A stretch of DNA of 64,000 bases from Fibrobacteria bacterium (GTDB taxonomy: Bacteria > Fibrobacterota > Chitinivibrionia > Chitinivibrionales > FEN-1185), in the NCBI GenBank assembly GCA_037447435.1, contig JBBIGR010000024.1, forward strand, positions 1 to 64,000. The letters are read 5' to 3'. A model generated the notes under the pieces. It was not told the origin of the DNA and searched no databases. It saw only the letters and a list, made by a program, of their open reading frames with translations. The translations under genes were made by a program, and so were the position numbers. Of the stretch, positions 16,808 to 26,866 are shown piece after piece; within the stretch, counting starts at the first letter, position 1; the number at the start of each line of letters is the position of its first letter.

Positions 16808-18943
16808 ATGGGTTTGAAAATAGCGTTGGCTGGGAATCCGAATGCCGGTAAAACGTCGTTGTTTAACCGGATGACCGGAGCATCTCAGAAAGTAGGGAAT
16901 TGGGGAGGCGTGACCGTTGAGATTAAAGAAGGAAACGCCAAAGTAAACGATGAACCGGTCACGATAATCGATTTGCCGGGGACGTATTCGATGAGCACGT
17001 GTTCTTTGGATGAGGCTGCTGCGAGATCGTACTTGTTGGAAGAAAAACCCGACGTGGTCATCGACGTGATCGACGCGACAAATTTGGAACGGCATTTGTA
17101 TTTGACCGTGCAATTGCTTGAACTCGGAATACGGCCCGTACTCGCGCTCAATATGTGGGACGAAGTAAAAACCAAAGGTATTGAAATTGACATACCGCTA
17201 CTCGGAAAATTATTGGGTGTTCCAATAATGGCGACGGACGGCAGAAAAGGGGACGGCGTGGAACGTCTGCTGGCGACCGCGGTCGATTTCGGGCATCAAA
17301 AACAAACGGTATTTGAAAATAAAGTGCAATTAAAACTGCCAAAAGAAATTGAAAAAGCCATTGATACTCTTTCGGATCACGTCGGAACATTCTACAATGG
17401 GAACAATCCCCGTTGGATAGCAATGCAACTTTTAGAGCACGATAAAGCCGTCGAGATCATGTTTTCCCAAATAAAAAACGACCGTTCCGTTCTTGATTTG
17501 CGCGATACAATCGATAAACAAATTGCCTCCCTATTCGGAGAAACGCCGGAAGGTTTTATTGCAGAAGCCCGCTACGGTTTTATTGCCGGCGCGGTCAAAG
17601 AATCGGTAAAGGTCGAAGTTAAAATAAACCGGATAGAATTTTCGGAAAAAATCGATTCGGTTTTGACTCATCGGTTTTGGGCATATCCGATTTTCCTTTT
17701 GTTCTTGTGGTTGCTTTTTCAAGCGACTTTTAAACTCGGTCAATTTCCCATGCATTTGATCGAGCTGGTTTTTTCCTGGCTAAACTCGATCGCAAGCCAT
17801 AGCTTACCTGCGGGAGTAATAAGGGACCTTTTGACAGACGGCATTATTGCGGGAATAGGGGGAGTGATTGTTTTCTTGCCGAACATTCTCATTTTATTCT
17901 TCGGCATTTCGATCATGGAAGATACGGGCTATATGGCTCGTACCGCGTTTATAATGGATAAACTCATGCATCGTATCGGATTGCACGGCAAAAGTTTCAT
18001 TCCGATGATCATGGGACTCGGCTGTTCGGTTCCCGCAATAATGGCCGCACGTACTCTGGAATCAAAACCGGACAGAATAAAAACTATTTTATTAACCCCG
18101 CTTATTTCCTGTTCGGCCCGGCTCCCGGTATTTGTTTTATTCGCCGGTACGTTCTTTCCTAATCATGCGGGAAATATCGTTTTTTTATTTCAGGTCGTTT
18201 TGGGGTTTTCGGCCTTTATTTGCATGGCTATTTTGTTCAAGCATACGCTGTTTACAAACAGTGAGGATTATCCTTTCGTCATGGAGTTGCCCCCGTACCG
18301 GCTCCCGACTTTTCGCAGCATACTCATCCATATGTGGCATAAAACCGAACATTATTTAAAAAAAATGGGCGGAGTTGTATTGTTGTTTTCCGTGGCGTTA
18401 TGGTGGCTTGGGGCGTATCCAAAGTCAAGAGGTATCGAAGAAAAATATTCAATTGAAATCGAGAGTATTAAAAACGACAAAACAATGAGTGATGATGGAA
18501 AAAAGACGGCCCTTGTAAAATGCGAAAATGAAAAGCACGCTTCGGTTATGGAGCATACCTATATCGGCACTATTGGGAAAATGTTGGAACCCCTTGTTAA
18601 ACCGTTCGGCACCGATTGGCGCGGCGCGGTATCGTTGGCAACCGGGTTTGTGGCCAAAGAAATCGTCGTAGGATCAATGGGTGTTTTGTATGCCGCAGGC
18701 AACGACCATTCCGATAATAAACAAGGACTGCGTCAGAAACTTCAAAAAGTGTATACGCCTCTTTCTGCATTCGCTTTCATGCTTTTTGTTCTTTTATATA
18801 CGCCGTGCATGGTTGCTTTGGTCACTGCAATGCGAGAACTCAAGGATTGGAAATGGTCTGTTTTTTCTGTTTCCTATCAACTGGCACTTGCATGGATTTG
18901 CGCGACAGCTGTTTTCCAAATCGGGACGTTGCTACGGTTATAA
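16808..18943 (+). CDS. feoB: Ferrous iron transporter FeoB
   Basis: GNPNAGKT, VGNWGGVTVE, DLPGTYS, NMWD; gate motifs GCSVPA and LYTPC. Confidence 0.98.
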   Translation: MGLKIALAGNPNAGKTSLFNRMTGASQKVGNWGGVTVEIKEGNAKVNDEPVTIIDLPGTYSMSTCSLDEAAARSYLLEEKPDVVIDVIDATNLERHLYLTVQLLELGIRPVLALNMWDEVKTKGIEIDIPLLGKLLGVPIMATDGRKGDGVERLLATAVDFGHQKQTVFENKVQLKLPKEIEKAIDTLSDHVGTFYNGNNPRWIAMQLLEHDKAVEIMFSQIKNDRSVLDLRDTIDKQIASLFGETPEGFIAEARYGFIAGAVKESVKVEVKINRIEFSEKIDSVLTHRFWAYPIFLLFLWLLFQATFKLGQFPMHLIELVFSWLNSIASHSLPAGVIRDLLTDGIIAGIGGVIVFLPNILILFFGISIMEDTGYMARTAFIMDKLMHRIGLHGKSFIPMIMGLGCSVPAIMAARTLESKPDRIKTILLTPLISCSARLPVFVLFAGTFFPNHAGNIVFLFQVVLGFSAFICMAILFKHTLFTNSEDYPFVMELPPYRLPTFRSILIHMWHKTEHYLKKMGGVVLLFSVALWWLGAYPKSRGIEEKYSIEIESIKNDKTMSDDGKKTALVKCENEKHASVMEHTYIGTIGKMLEPLVKPFGTDWRGAVSLATGFVAKEIVVGSMGVLYAAGNDHSDNKQGLRQKLQKVYTPLSAFAFMLFVLLYTPCMVALVTAMRELKDWKWSVFSVSYQLALAWICATAVFQIGTLLRL

Positions 18944-18980
18944 AAACACCGATCTCATAATCAGAATAATGAGACCGGTG
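18942..18980 (-). terminator. Hairpin terminator between convergent feoB and PRC-barrel gene
   Basis: Minus strand CACCGGTCTCAT-N10-ATGAGATCGGTG-TTTTT. Confidence 0.65.
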
Positions 18981-18989
18981 CTTACATGA

Positions 18990-19682
18990 TCAAATATCGC
19001 GATAATCAAAACTCGGTGCGTTTTTAATTTGATCCTTTGAAGCGGAAGTTGTAACGATCATTTCTTCGTCTTTGAACCCCGTAATCCATTCGCAGGGGAT
19101 AATAACCCGCTTCGATTCGAAAATCGTTCCGATGTCTACAATGAGGTTCCTAATTGTCCATTCTTCATCGTCAATAATGAAGTCCTTTATTTTGCCGAGG
19201 ATGCCGTCTTTCGTTTCCAATTCGCAACCCCTCATGAAATTCGCACCCCGTAAATGCGAATCGAATTGCTTGCCGCCGAAGTTTTCATGGAGCCTGGTAT
19301 CGTTGAAATTCGGCATGTCGAAGTTATGGCTGCCGATAAATCCTTCGCCCCACGAAAAGTAAACGCCGTATTCCATATGGCTCCGTATGTCAGCTTCATG
19401 TTGACCTTCTATCGGCAGATCCGTTTCTTTATCAGGGCTTTGGGTTATTTGATCTTTTGTGAGCGCAACGGTCATTATGGAATGTGAAAGATCCGCTTTG
19501 CCTAATTCGGAGGATTTAATTAATACTTCGTGTCCATTAAGCCATGAACCAACTTGGACAACTGCATATTTGATTTTCCAATTTGAATCGTCAAAATAAA
19601 AATTTTTAACTTTCCCAATGTTGCCGTCCCTTGCTTGTAAAGAAAACCCCTCAATAACATCTAAACTCATTGGTGCTTTCAT
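18990..19682 (-). CDS. Double PRC-barrel domain protein
   Basis: Two DGxIGKVxxFxxDDxxWxIxxxVV repeats, each ending KDQIxxxP. Confidence 0.9.
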   Translation of the reverse strand: MKAPMSLDVIEGFSLQARDGNIGKVKNFYFDDSNWKIKYAVVQVGSWLNGHEVLIKSSELGKADLSHSIMTVALTKDQITQSPDKETDLPIEGQHEADIRSHMEYGVYFSWGEGFIGSHNFDMPNFNDTRLHENFGGKQFDSHLRGANFMRGCELETKDGILGKIKDFIIDDEEWTIRNLIVDIGTIFESKRVIIPCEWITGFKDEEMIVTTSASKDQIKNAPSFDYRDI

Positions 19683-19814
19683 AAAACACCTCCTTTTGTC
19701 TTTACCGTTATAATACGGCTATTGCGGGGAAAAAGTTGCACTGTAAAAAGACTGAAGCGGTTAAAGGCGTACTTTTTTGAGGTTTTTTAAACCAGATAAA
19801 AAACTGATTAACAA

Positions 19815-20996
19815 TTAATCGATTGGCAGTATCGAAAAACCCTTATGTTTTGAAAAATCGAGAACGACCGGTTTCATACGATCATGGGATTTGGTTTCGA
19901 AAACAAGGATTTGAGGCTCAAAGGGATGGTCAGTCTGTACCTTTGATATAACTGCGATGCAGTCGATCAAGTTTGGAATAGGGCTTCCGCTTATTTTGAC
20001 CCGAGTGCCAACCGGATAGGCGGGCGTCATGGCTATGAGAGTTTTGACAATATCCGAATTGAGCTTTTTCCCTTGCATTTCGATAAGCAATTTAATTGCA
20101 TTAGAAGGGCCCTGCGGTTTGCAATAATGCGGTCTTCCGTGAACCAACATATCGTAAGTGTCCGCAACCGCAACAATTTCCGCAAAGCGGTGAATACCTT
20201 CGCGAGTAATGTTTTTTAACGGCGGCTTATTTTCGCCCTTTAGGCCCCTCGGAATTCCGGTGCCGTCTTGATATTCGTGATGCGACAAAGCGACAATGGA
20301 ACTCGTTGGAGGAATGACGCTGTTATCGGAAAGCATCATGTGTCCGTAAATCGTATGTTGGTCCAAAACCTTTTTTTCGTCCGCCGAAAGCTCTTCTGTT
20401 TTGTTAATTATTTCCTGCGGCACGGCAAGCATACCGATATCGAAATTCAAAGCGCCGAGCCCTAATTGCCGCATTTCGTCGGGTGACAAGTGGTATTTGT
20501 GGCCAATACAGAGAGCGATGACCGTTACGCTGATTACATAGCCGAAAAAACCTTCATCTCGCTCCCTGATTTTTGTTATGTTAAGCATTGTCCAGGGCTC
20601 GGTGATAATGTCGTCTATGACGCGGGTTATGACTTTGAACATCGAACTGGATGCCAGTAAATGGTTTAAGGTTTTTTTATCTTTGGTGATTATATCCGTA
20701 ATCCGTTCATTGTTATTTTTATTTTGTTGAAAAACGGTTTGAATGGATTGTTTGGAATGTGCAACGGTTCCGGCCAATTCGGTTTTGACCGAATGGGTTA
20801 TTACATGTTCGGGAATAACGCTTTCGGTACCCTCCACATGGATCATAACGGACCTGATCCCCATTTTTTTTAACAGTTCGATTTGCGATTGCTTTAAAAC
20901 AAAACCTTGAGCGACCAATAAATTGCCGTTTGCAGCCAATATCGGTTCACCAAGGACCATGCCTTCGGCTATCTCGTCAATATCATATTTTACCAT
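19815..20996 (-). CDS. HD-GYP-like domain protein, degenerate motifs
   Basis: FDIG in place of HDIG, HHEYQDGTGIPRGL, IVAVADTYD, YPVGT. Confidence 0.85.
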   Translation of the reverse strand: MVKYDIDEIAEGMVLGEPILAANGNLLVAQGFVLKQSQIELLKKMGIRSVMIHVEGTESVIPEHVITHSVKTELAGTVAHSKQSIQTVFQQNKNNNERITDIITKDKKTLNHLLASSSMFKVITRVIDDIITEPWTMLNITKIRERDEGFFGYVISVTVIALCIGHKYHLSPDEMRQLGLGALNFDIGMLAVPQEIINKTEELSADEKKVLDQHTIYGHMMLSDNSVIPPTSSIVALSHHEYQDGTGIPRGLKGENKPPLKNITREGIHRFAEIVAVADTYDMLVHGRPHYCKPQGPSNAIKLLIEMQGKKLNSDIVKTLIAMTPAYPVGTRVKISGSPIPNLIDCIAVISKVQTDHPFEPQILVFETKSHDRMKPVVLDFSKHKGFSILPID

Positions 20997-21019
20997 ACTG
21001 GTTACCCGGATCTACTAGC

Positions 21020-21787
21020 CTACACTGTGGAATTGATAATGCGGGAATTAATGACAATGCAGCCGGCGGCGGGATCGTTTAAAAAATTCCTACCGACCGC
21101 TTCAACCTCAAGCCAGTCACCCGATTTGCTCATGAATTTAGTGGCAACGGAAATAGGAGTTCGGTCGTTTTGCAGGGATTCGCTGATTTTTTCCGCTATA
21201 AATTGTTTGTCGTCCGGATGCACGATGTCAAGCAGGTTGACGCCTATGAGATCTTCGGGCGCATATCCGGCCAAACGCTGAATGTTGGGGCTTTCATAAA
21301 TTATCGTTCCGTCCTCCGAAATCAACGTGATAATATCCTGCCCGAATTCAAGCATGATTCCAAAAAGTCTGTCACTATCGTCTTTGAACCGGTTTGCCAA
21401 CATCCGTTCTATCGAAAAACGGATCGTTCGCCGTACCATGACGGATGTTAATTCGGGTTTCACGAGAATATCCTGAACGCCTTTGCCTATTGCCATTGCA
21501 CCGCAATCGTCATGGCCTTCGTTGATAATTGCGATAATGGGGACAAATGGTAACGAAGTTCTCAAAACGTCGAACTTGTTCTCGATAAGCGAACAATCGT
21601 CGGGAATAGCCAAAATAATGATTTGCGTTTCGTCAAAATCGGAGATCGTTTCGGATAAGGTTTCCAATGTACAGGATGAAATGGGATAAAGGTCCTGTGG
21701 AAGCAATTGGTTTAAATTTGCCAGAAGTTCGGCATCGTCACCGCAAAACAAAACTTCTGTGACGTCAAAAGATTCGGTTTGGGGCAT
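21020..21787 (-). CDS. Receiver-like domain plus PAS domain protein, no output domain
   Basis: VPIIAI, AIGKGVQDILVK, IRFSIER; PAS GYAPEDLIG..LLDIVHPDD...INSR. Confidence 0.8.
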   Translation of the reverse strand: MPQTESFDVTEVLFCGDDAELLANLNQLLPQDLYPISSCTLETLSETISDFDETQIIILAIPDDCSLIENKFDVLRTSLPFVPIIAIINEGHDDCGAMAIGKGVQDILVKPELTSVMVRRTIRFSIERMLANRFKDDSDRLFGIMLEFGQDIITLISEDGTIIYESPNIQRLAGYAPEDLIGVNLLDIVHPDDKQFIAEKISESLQNDRTPISVATKFMSKSGDWLEVEAVGRNFLNDPAAGCIVINSRIINSTV

Positions 21788-21952
21788 GGAACCTCCTCAG
21801 GAACATAGAAATGGATGAAACGCAATGCTATTTTACCGCTAAAGTTGGGCGAGGTCAATAGAAAATCAAATATTACCCATTTTCATTCGAAATCACTACG
21901 TACCGTTGAAAATTGATATAGGGAGAGCGGTAATTTTTTGAGGAGGTGTCGT

Positions 21953-22273
21953 ATGATCAAAACAATTGTTTTCATTTTGGTTTTAATCGCATTGAGCACC
22001 GTTGTTGTCGGACAACCCGCTGCGACCAATGAAAGATCGGAATACAAAGCGTATGTCAACATAGGACAAAACACTTTGGTATTGCCCGAATTCATTAAAT
22101 TCGGGGATAAAATAATTATCAGTAATTTGGATGGTGACAACGTATTCGAAACCACAGTTCCGAAAGGGGTTTTTTACATTAATACCAATAATATCCGATC
22201 GGGTCTTTATGTCCTAAGCGTGATAAGGAACAAAGAAATGATCGTTTCAATAAATGTTCCGTTGACAGAATAA
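21953..22273 (+). CDS. Small secreted protein resembling a stand-alone C-terminal sorting domain
   Basis: RBS GAGGAGG before ATG 21953; signal peptide; ISNLDG...INTNNIRSGLYVLSV. Confidence 0.65.
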   Translation: MIKTIVFILVLIALSTVVVGQPAATNERSEYKAYVNIGQNTLVLPEFIKFGDKIIISNLDGDNVFETTVPKGVFYINTNNIRSGLYVLSVIRNKEMIVSINVPLTE

Positions 22274-22291
22274 ATTGAACTATGCAATTTG

Positions 22292-24769
22292 CTATTGATT
22301 GTCGATGGAAGAAATTATTGCCGATGTGAGGTCGGCAATGGAGGAGGGGCTTTCGATTTTATTCCCATCTTTATTTGTGATATAAAATGAATCAAGTGCT
22401 CTGTCGATCCGGGTGGATAACCGGGCCGAAACGATATTGACGTTATGATTGCTGAGACTCCGCGCAATCGTATAAAGCAATCCGAATCGGTCTTGTGCTT
22501 CAATTTCCAATACCGAATATAATTTTGAGATTTCGTTGTTAATCTGAACGGAAGGCGACCGTTGAATCGTCCGTGCTTTCTTTTGCGGGTACATTTTCAA
22601 ACGTTCTTCAATCAATTTGTCGGTTGATGATTCTCCAGTGGAAACAAGTTTCCATTTTTTTCTGATGTTTTCGGCACGCGCTTCGGAAGAAATACCCGTA
22701 ACGCCGTCGGATTCCACGTGAAAAATATCGAGAACCCCTCCGGTGGACATGGAGTATGCTTTTGCAGAAAGAATACTATACCCTTCGGAAGAAATGCAAC
22801 CGGTAATATCCGCAAACAAACCGATTCGGTCGAATGATAAAATGCTCAAGCGGTCGAAACCGATGAATTTTTCAAGCTCCAGCTTGAATTCTCCGGGTTT
22901 TAATTCAGCGAGCCAGGCATTTTGTTTTTCCCTGTCTTCGGCAAGACTCTCTATTGATATAAAAGAATCGTCGGGCGTTACCGGGGTAAGCGAAGGGGCG
23001 TCGTGTGAAAGGAACGCTAAAATCCGATCGTAGGCAGTTTCCAATAAACGAGCACGCCATGCGGTCCACGTTTTATACCCGACATTTCTGATGTCAAGGA
23101 CGGTCAGCAGGTATAGAATATCAAGAGTTTCCTTGCTGCCAATCGATTGTGCAAATTCCTTAACCAAGTGGTCTTCCAGCTCTCTGCCGAATGCGAGGCT
23201 GGAAAGTGCCAAATGATTATAAATGAGGAAGGTGACCCGCTGTTTCTCTTCTTTTTCAAGACCAAGACGATCACAAATTTCCTCGGCAATGATCGTTCCG
23301 TTTAAAACATGGTCGCCGTCCATTGCCTTACCTATATCGTGCAGTAAAACGGCAAGTCTGAGCAGACGCTTTTGAGTGAGCTGGAGAAATAGGGTACGGA
23401 TGACCTGGTCTTGGTCCGAATCAAGTTCGTCAAGCGCCCGGAGGGAAAGAAGAATATGTTGGTCGACCGTATATTCATGATTGGTGTCGTATTCGACTTT
23501 GCATGTTAACGGTCCGAATGCGGGAATAAGGGCGGAAAGTACGCCGGTATCATGCATAAAGGAAAGGACGCGACCGGCCCCTTTCTCCAGAGAAAGAATA
23601 TCGAGGAATAAGGCATCTATTTCTTGGGACCGGAAATCCTGCGACGTTTTTTCCTGAATTACCGAGCGAATCCAGTTTGAAAGTTCCACGCTCAGCGTTG
23701 CTTTGTAAATGGCGGCTTGCTTGAAAATATCCAAAATCCAAACCGGGGTTGATACGGGTTCCGGGTATTGCTTTTGCGATAAGAAAAATATTCCGTCAAG
23801 CAGATAGAGCCCGGTTTTAATTTTTATCGCGCCGACGCTCGACCGCAATGATGTCCAAAGCCCCCTGCCGGGAAGACGTTTCTCAAGGAAGGTCATGGCA
23901 AAATCCCTCACATTGCGTACGGTACGGAAATACGCCTCCATGAGGGGGGCGGGATTGTTTTTGCCGAATCCGAGAGCTTCCGCAACATCGGCCTGCAGCG
24001 CGGTTTCGAGAATGTCGAGTCTTTTATTGCAAATCATATGCAGCTCTATCCGCAAAGAAATGAGAAATTCATATGCGGCGGTAAAGGAATCGATTTCCGA
24101 CTGCTTATAATGGGAAATATGGTATAAATCGCTTATGGTTTTTGCGCCGGCAATAACGCGTTCAGCCCAAACGATTCGTTGACAATCGCGCAGCGCGCAA
24201 ATGCCGTCCTTGACATTCGGTTCCGTTCTGAAGAGTGTGTTGTCTTGCGAAAATATGCCGTTGTGAACGGTTAAACGCATCGTGTTGGCGAATTGCTTTT
24301 TGTTTTTTGAAAAATAGGGTTTTATGACTGCGTTTTCAAGATGGTGGAACAGTCGTTTATTGCCGGCTAAAAATCGTACTTGCAAAAGGGCAGTGTCCGA
24401 GGCGATATCTTCGCCTAAAATCTTATCGCATTCATGGAGGCTTCGCACGACCAGGCCGAGCGAAAGACCTAAATCCCAGAAAAACCTGACCGCAGCGGCG
24501 ATTTTGTCTTTATTTGCGCTACCGGAATGTAAAATTAAAAGGTCGATGTCGGAAAACGGACATAATTCACCGCGGCCGTAACCGCCGAGGGCGATGAGAC
24601 AAACATGCTTATCGATTTCCGATTCTTCGAGTCGTGCCGAATATGCCGAAGCGAGAATTTTATCGATTTCTGCGCTGAACAAAGCGGTTTTTGTCATGCC
24701 GGGCAAAGATTTTTGCCCGGCAAAAATTTCGATACGTTTTTCGTTGATGAAATTTTTATGCGTATTCAA
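22292..24769 (-). CDS. glnD: PII uridylyltransferase/uridylyl-removing enzyme
   Basis: GGYGRGELCPFSDIDL, PNVKDG..ALRD, HEYTVDQH, LHDIGK, two ACT domains (DRIGLF, DRFGLL). Confidence 0.95.
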   Translation of the reverse strand: MNTHKNFINEKRIEIFAGQKSLPGMTKTALFSAEIDKILASAYSARLEESEIDKHVCLIALGGYGRGELCPFSDIDLLILHSGSANKDKIAAAVRFFWDLGLSLGLVVRSLHECDKILGEDIASDTALLQVRFLAGNKRLFHHLENAVIKPYFSKNKKQFANTMRLTVHNGIFSQDNTLFRTEPNVKDGICALRDCQRIVWAERVIAGAKTISDLYHISHYKQSEIDSFTAAYEFLISLRIELHMICNKRLDILETALQADVAEALGFGKNNPAPLMEAYFRTVRNVRDFAMTFLEKRLPGRGLWTSLRSSVGAIKIKTGLYLLDGIFFLSQKQYPEPVSTPVWILDIFKQAAIYKATLSVELSNWIRSVIQEKTSQDFRSQEIDALFLDILSLEKGAGRVLSFMHDTGVLSALIPAFGPLTCKVEYDTNHEYTVDQHILLSLRALDELDSDQDQVIRTLFLQLTQKRLLRLAVLLHDIGKAMDGDHVLNGTIIAEEICDRLGLEKEEKQRVTFLIYNHLALSSLAFGRELEDHLVKEFAQSIGSKETLDILYLLTVLDIRNVGYKTWTAWRARLLETAYDRILAFLSHDAPSLTPVTPDDSFISIESLAEDREKQNAWLAELKPGEFKLELEKFIGFDRLSILSFDRIGLFADITGCISSEGYSILSAKAYSMSTGGVLDIFHVESDGVTGISSEARAENIRKKWKLVSTGESSTDKLIEERLKMYPQKKARTIQRSPSVQINNEISKLYSVLEIEAQDRFGLLYTIARSLSNHNVNIVSARLSTRIDRALDSFYITNKDGNKIESPSSIADLTSAIISSIDNQ

Positions 24770-24771
24770 GT

Positions 24772-25119
24772 TTATAAAGCATCTGAACCGTGTTCGCGAG
24801 TTCGTATTCTGACGACGTCTTCGAGCGGAAGGACAAAAATTTTGCCGTCTCCGATTTTGCCTTCGGCACCTGTCCGGGCTGCATTAGATATCGCTTCGAT
24901 GGTTTGGTCGACAAAGGAATCGTCAACAGCAATTTCCAATTTCACTTTTCGGACGAAATTTATCTGATATTCATGTCCGCGATATACTTCCGTATGGCCG
25001 CGTTGACGACCGATACCTTGCGCCTCGGTAACCGTAAGCCGGAACATTTCTATGGAACTTAAGGCTTCTTTGACAGCCTCTAAACGGGTAGGCTGAATGA
25101 TTGCGATGATATATTTCAT
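24772..25119 (-). CDS. glnK: P-II nitrogen regulatory protein
   Basis: GRQRGHTEVYRGHEY, GKIGDGKIFV; directly downstream of amt. Confidence 0.93.
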   Translation of the reverse strand: MKYIIAIIQPTRLEAVKEALSSIEMFRLTVTEAQGIGRQRGHTEVYRGHEYQINFVRKVKLEIAVDDSFVDQTIEAISNAARTGAEGKIGDGKIFVLPLEDVVRIRTREHGSDAL

Positions 25120-25220
25120 TTACTCTCCTTTAGGTATTTGCTTTTCAGGCATTATCCGAGCTTACTCAAAATAACAATTATTACTCGAATACCGCATTTG
25201 ATTTTAATACTACTTCCAAG

Positions 25221-26456
25221 TTATTGCATCAAACTATCTTCCGGGTATGCGCTAATATTATGGATACTTAAATCGGAACCTTGGCGTTCTTGCTGTTCAT
25301 CCAGCCGAATTCCGACTGTCTTTTTTAATGCGGCATACACGAGAGTGCCAACGCTTATTGAAAATATAATTGCGCAAACAGTACCGATACATTGCGAGAA
25401 AAAACTGACCCCGCCGACACCGCCAAGAAATTTTTGACCGAATATTCCAGCAGCGATTCCTCCCCAAGATCCGGTAATTCCATGGAGTGGCCAAACGCCG
25501 AGAACATCATCGATACGCAGTTTTTCGGTTTCAAATTTATAACCGACAATAAAAATCAAGGCGCCGATACCGCCGATAAAAAATGCGCCAAAAGGATGAA
25601 CTATATCGGAGCCGGCGCAAATAGCAATAAGGCCTGCCAAGGCACCGTTATGGACAAATCCGGGATCGGCTTTCGTAAAAATCAGGCCGAAGATGATGCC
25701 GCCCACCATAGCGAATAACGAATTGACCGCAACAAGTCCGCTGATTCCTTCAAACTTTTGAGCGCTCATGACATTGAATCCAAACCATCCTATTGCAAGA
25801 ATCCAGGAACCCAAGGATAAAAATGGGATGTTGGATATCGGTATGCCATAGCTTTTGCCGTCAACCCAACGTCCGATCCTTTGACCAAGTAAAACAATCG
25901 CCGGCAAAGCAATCCAACCGCCGACGGAATGTACAACTACCGATCCGGCATAATCGTGAAACGATGCGCCGAATTTTACAAGTAAAAAATTTTGTAAAAA
26001 CGGAAATCTTCCCCAAATAACGGATTCGAATAGCGGGTATGCTAATCCTGTAAAAATTGCACCGGCAAATACCTGGGGCCAAAATTTCATTCTTTCAGCA
26101 ATACCGCCGGAAATGATGGCAGGAACACAAGCGGCAAAGGTCAATAGAAAAAAGCAATGCAGTAAATCGAAGCCCTTAATTCCTTCGATAACTTTTCCAT
26201 TGAAGAGCTGAGACAGGTCTCCGGCGTTCATCCAAAAATTTATTCCATATGCAAGTGGAAAGCCGATTAAAAAGTACATAATTGTTGAAACACCCCAATC
26301 GGACATGATTTTTACCAATGCATTTACCTGATTTTTCTTGCGAACAGTACCGACCTCAAGAAATGCAAAACCCGCATGCATTGAAAAAATTAACACTGCG
26401 CCGAGCATTAGGAACAAAGCATCGCCGGCATATTGAAGACTTTGACAGGTAGCCAT
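25221..26456 (-). CDS. amt: Ammonium transporter
   Basis: GFAFLEVG, IISGGIAER, DYAGSVVVH, GWFGFN, DDVLGVWPLHG. Confidence 0.97.
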   Translation of the reverse strand: MATCQSLQYAGDALFLMLGAVLIFSMHAGFAFLEVGTVRKKNQVNALVKIMSDWGVSTIMYFLIGFPLAYGINFWMNAGDLSQLFNGKVIEGIKGFDLLHCFFLLTFAACVPAIISGGIAERMKFWPQVFAGAIFTGLAYPLFESVIWGRFPFLQNFLLVKFGASFHDYAGSVVVHSVGGWIALPAIVLLGQRIGRWVDGKSYGIPISNIPFLSLGSWILAIGWFGFNVMSAQKFEGISGLVAVNSLFAMVGGIIFGLIFTKADPGFVHNGALAGLIAICAGSDIVHPFGAFFIGGIGALIFIVGYKFETEKLRIDDVLGVWPLHGITGSWGGIAAGIFGQKFLGGVGGVSFFSQCIGTVCAIIFSISVGTLVYAALKKTVGIRLDEQQERQGSDLSIHNISAYPEDSLMQ

Positions 26457-26498
26457 AAAAATTCATACCCCTTAATGGTTAAAGTTTTCGGTTATTAG

Positions 26499-26514
26499 TG
26501 CAACTGGCGTGCCA
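26499..26514 (-). promoter_or_regulatory. Sigma-54 promoter for amt-glnK-glnD
   Basis: TGGCACGCCAGTTGCA (GG-N10-GC) ~45 bp upstream of amt. Confidence 0.85.
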
Positions 26515-26678
26515 TTCAAAGGGTACGGGGCAAATTAAAAAATAATTTTATATAACGATACGTTTTTGTTTAAAAAAAGAATTGATTGGTACAAAATGGT
26601 ATCAAAAATCTTAGGAAAGGCTTTTTATCAAGTATCCGGGAGAATATTGTTAAGAATTTCAACGTAGTACTGTTGCGG

Positions 26679-26694
26679 TGGCATGATTGTTGCG
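26679..26694 (+). promoter_or_regulatory. Sigma-54 promoter for gltBD
   Basis: TGGCATGATTGTTGCG (GG-N10-GC). Confidence 0.7.
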
Positions 26695-26866
26695 TTCAAT
26701 GGCAGATTACTATCAAGAAATCAAAAAAAATGCAATAAAAAGAAATATAAGAATAGTATGAATGATTGCATTAAAGAGGTTTTATTGTATATTTAAAAAC
26801 TTTGCTTTAATTGCAGTGAACGAGTTTTGTTCCGATTCAAAAGGATAAGAGGTAACACAAAATTTT

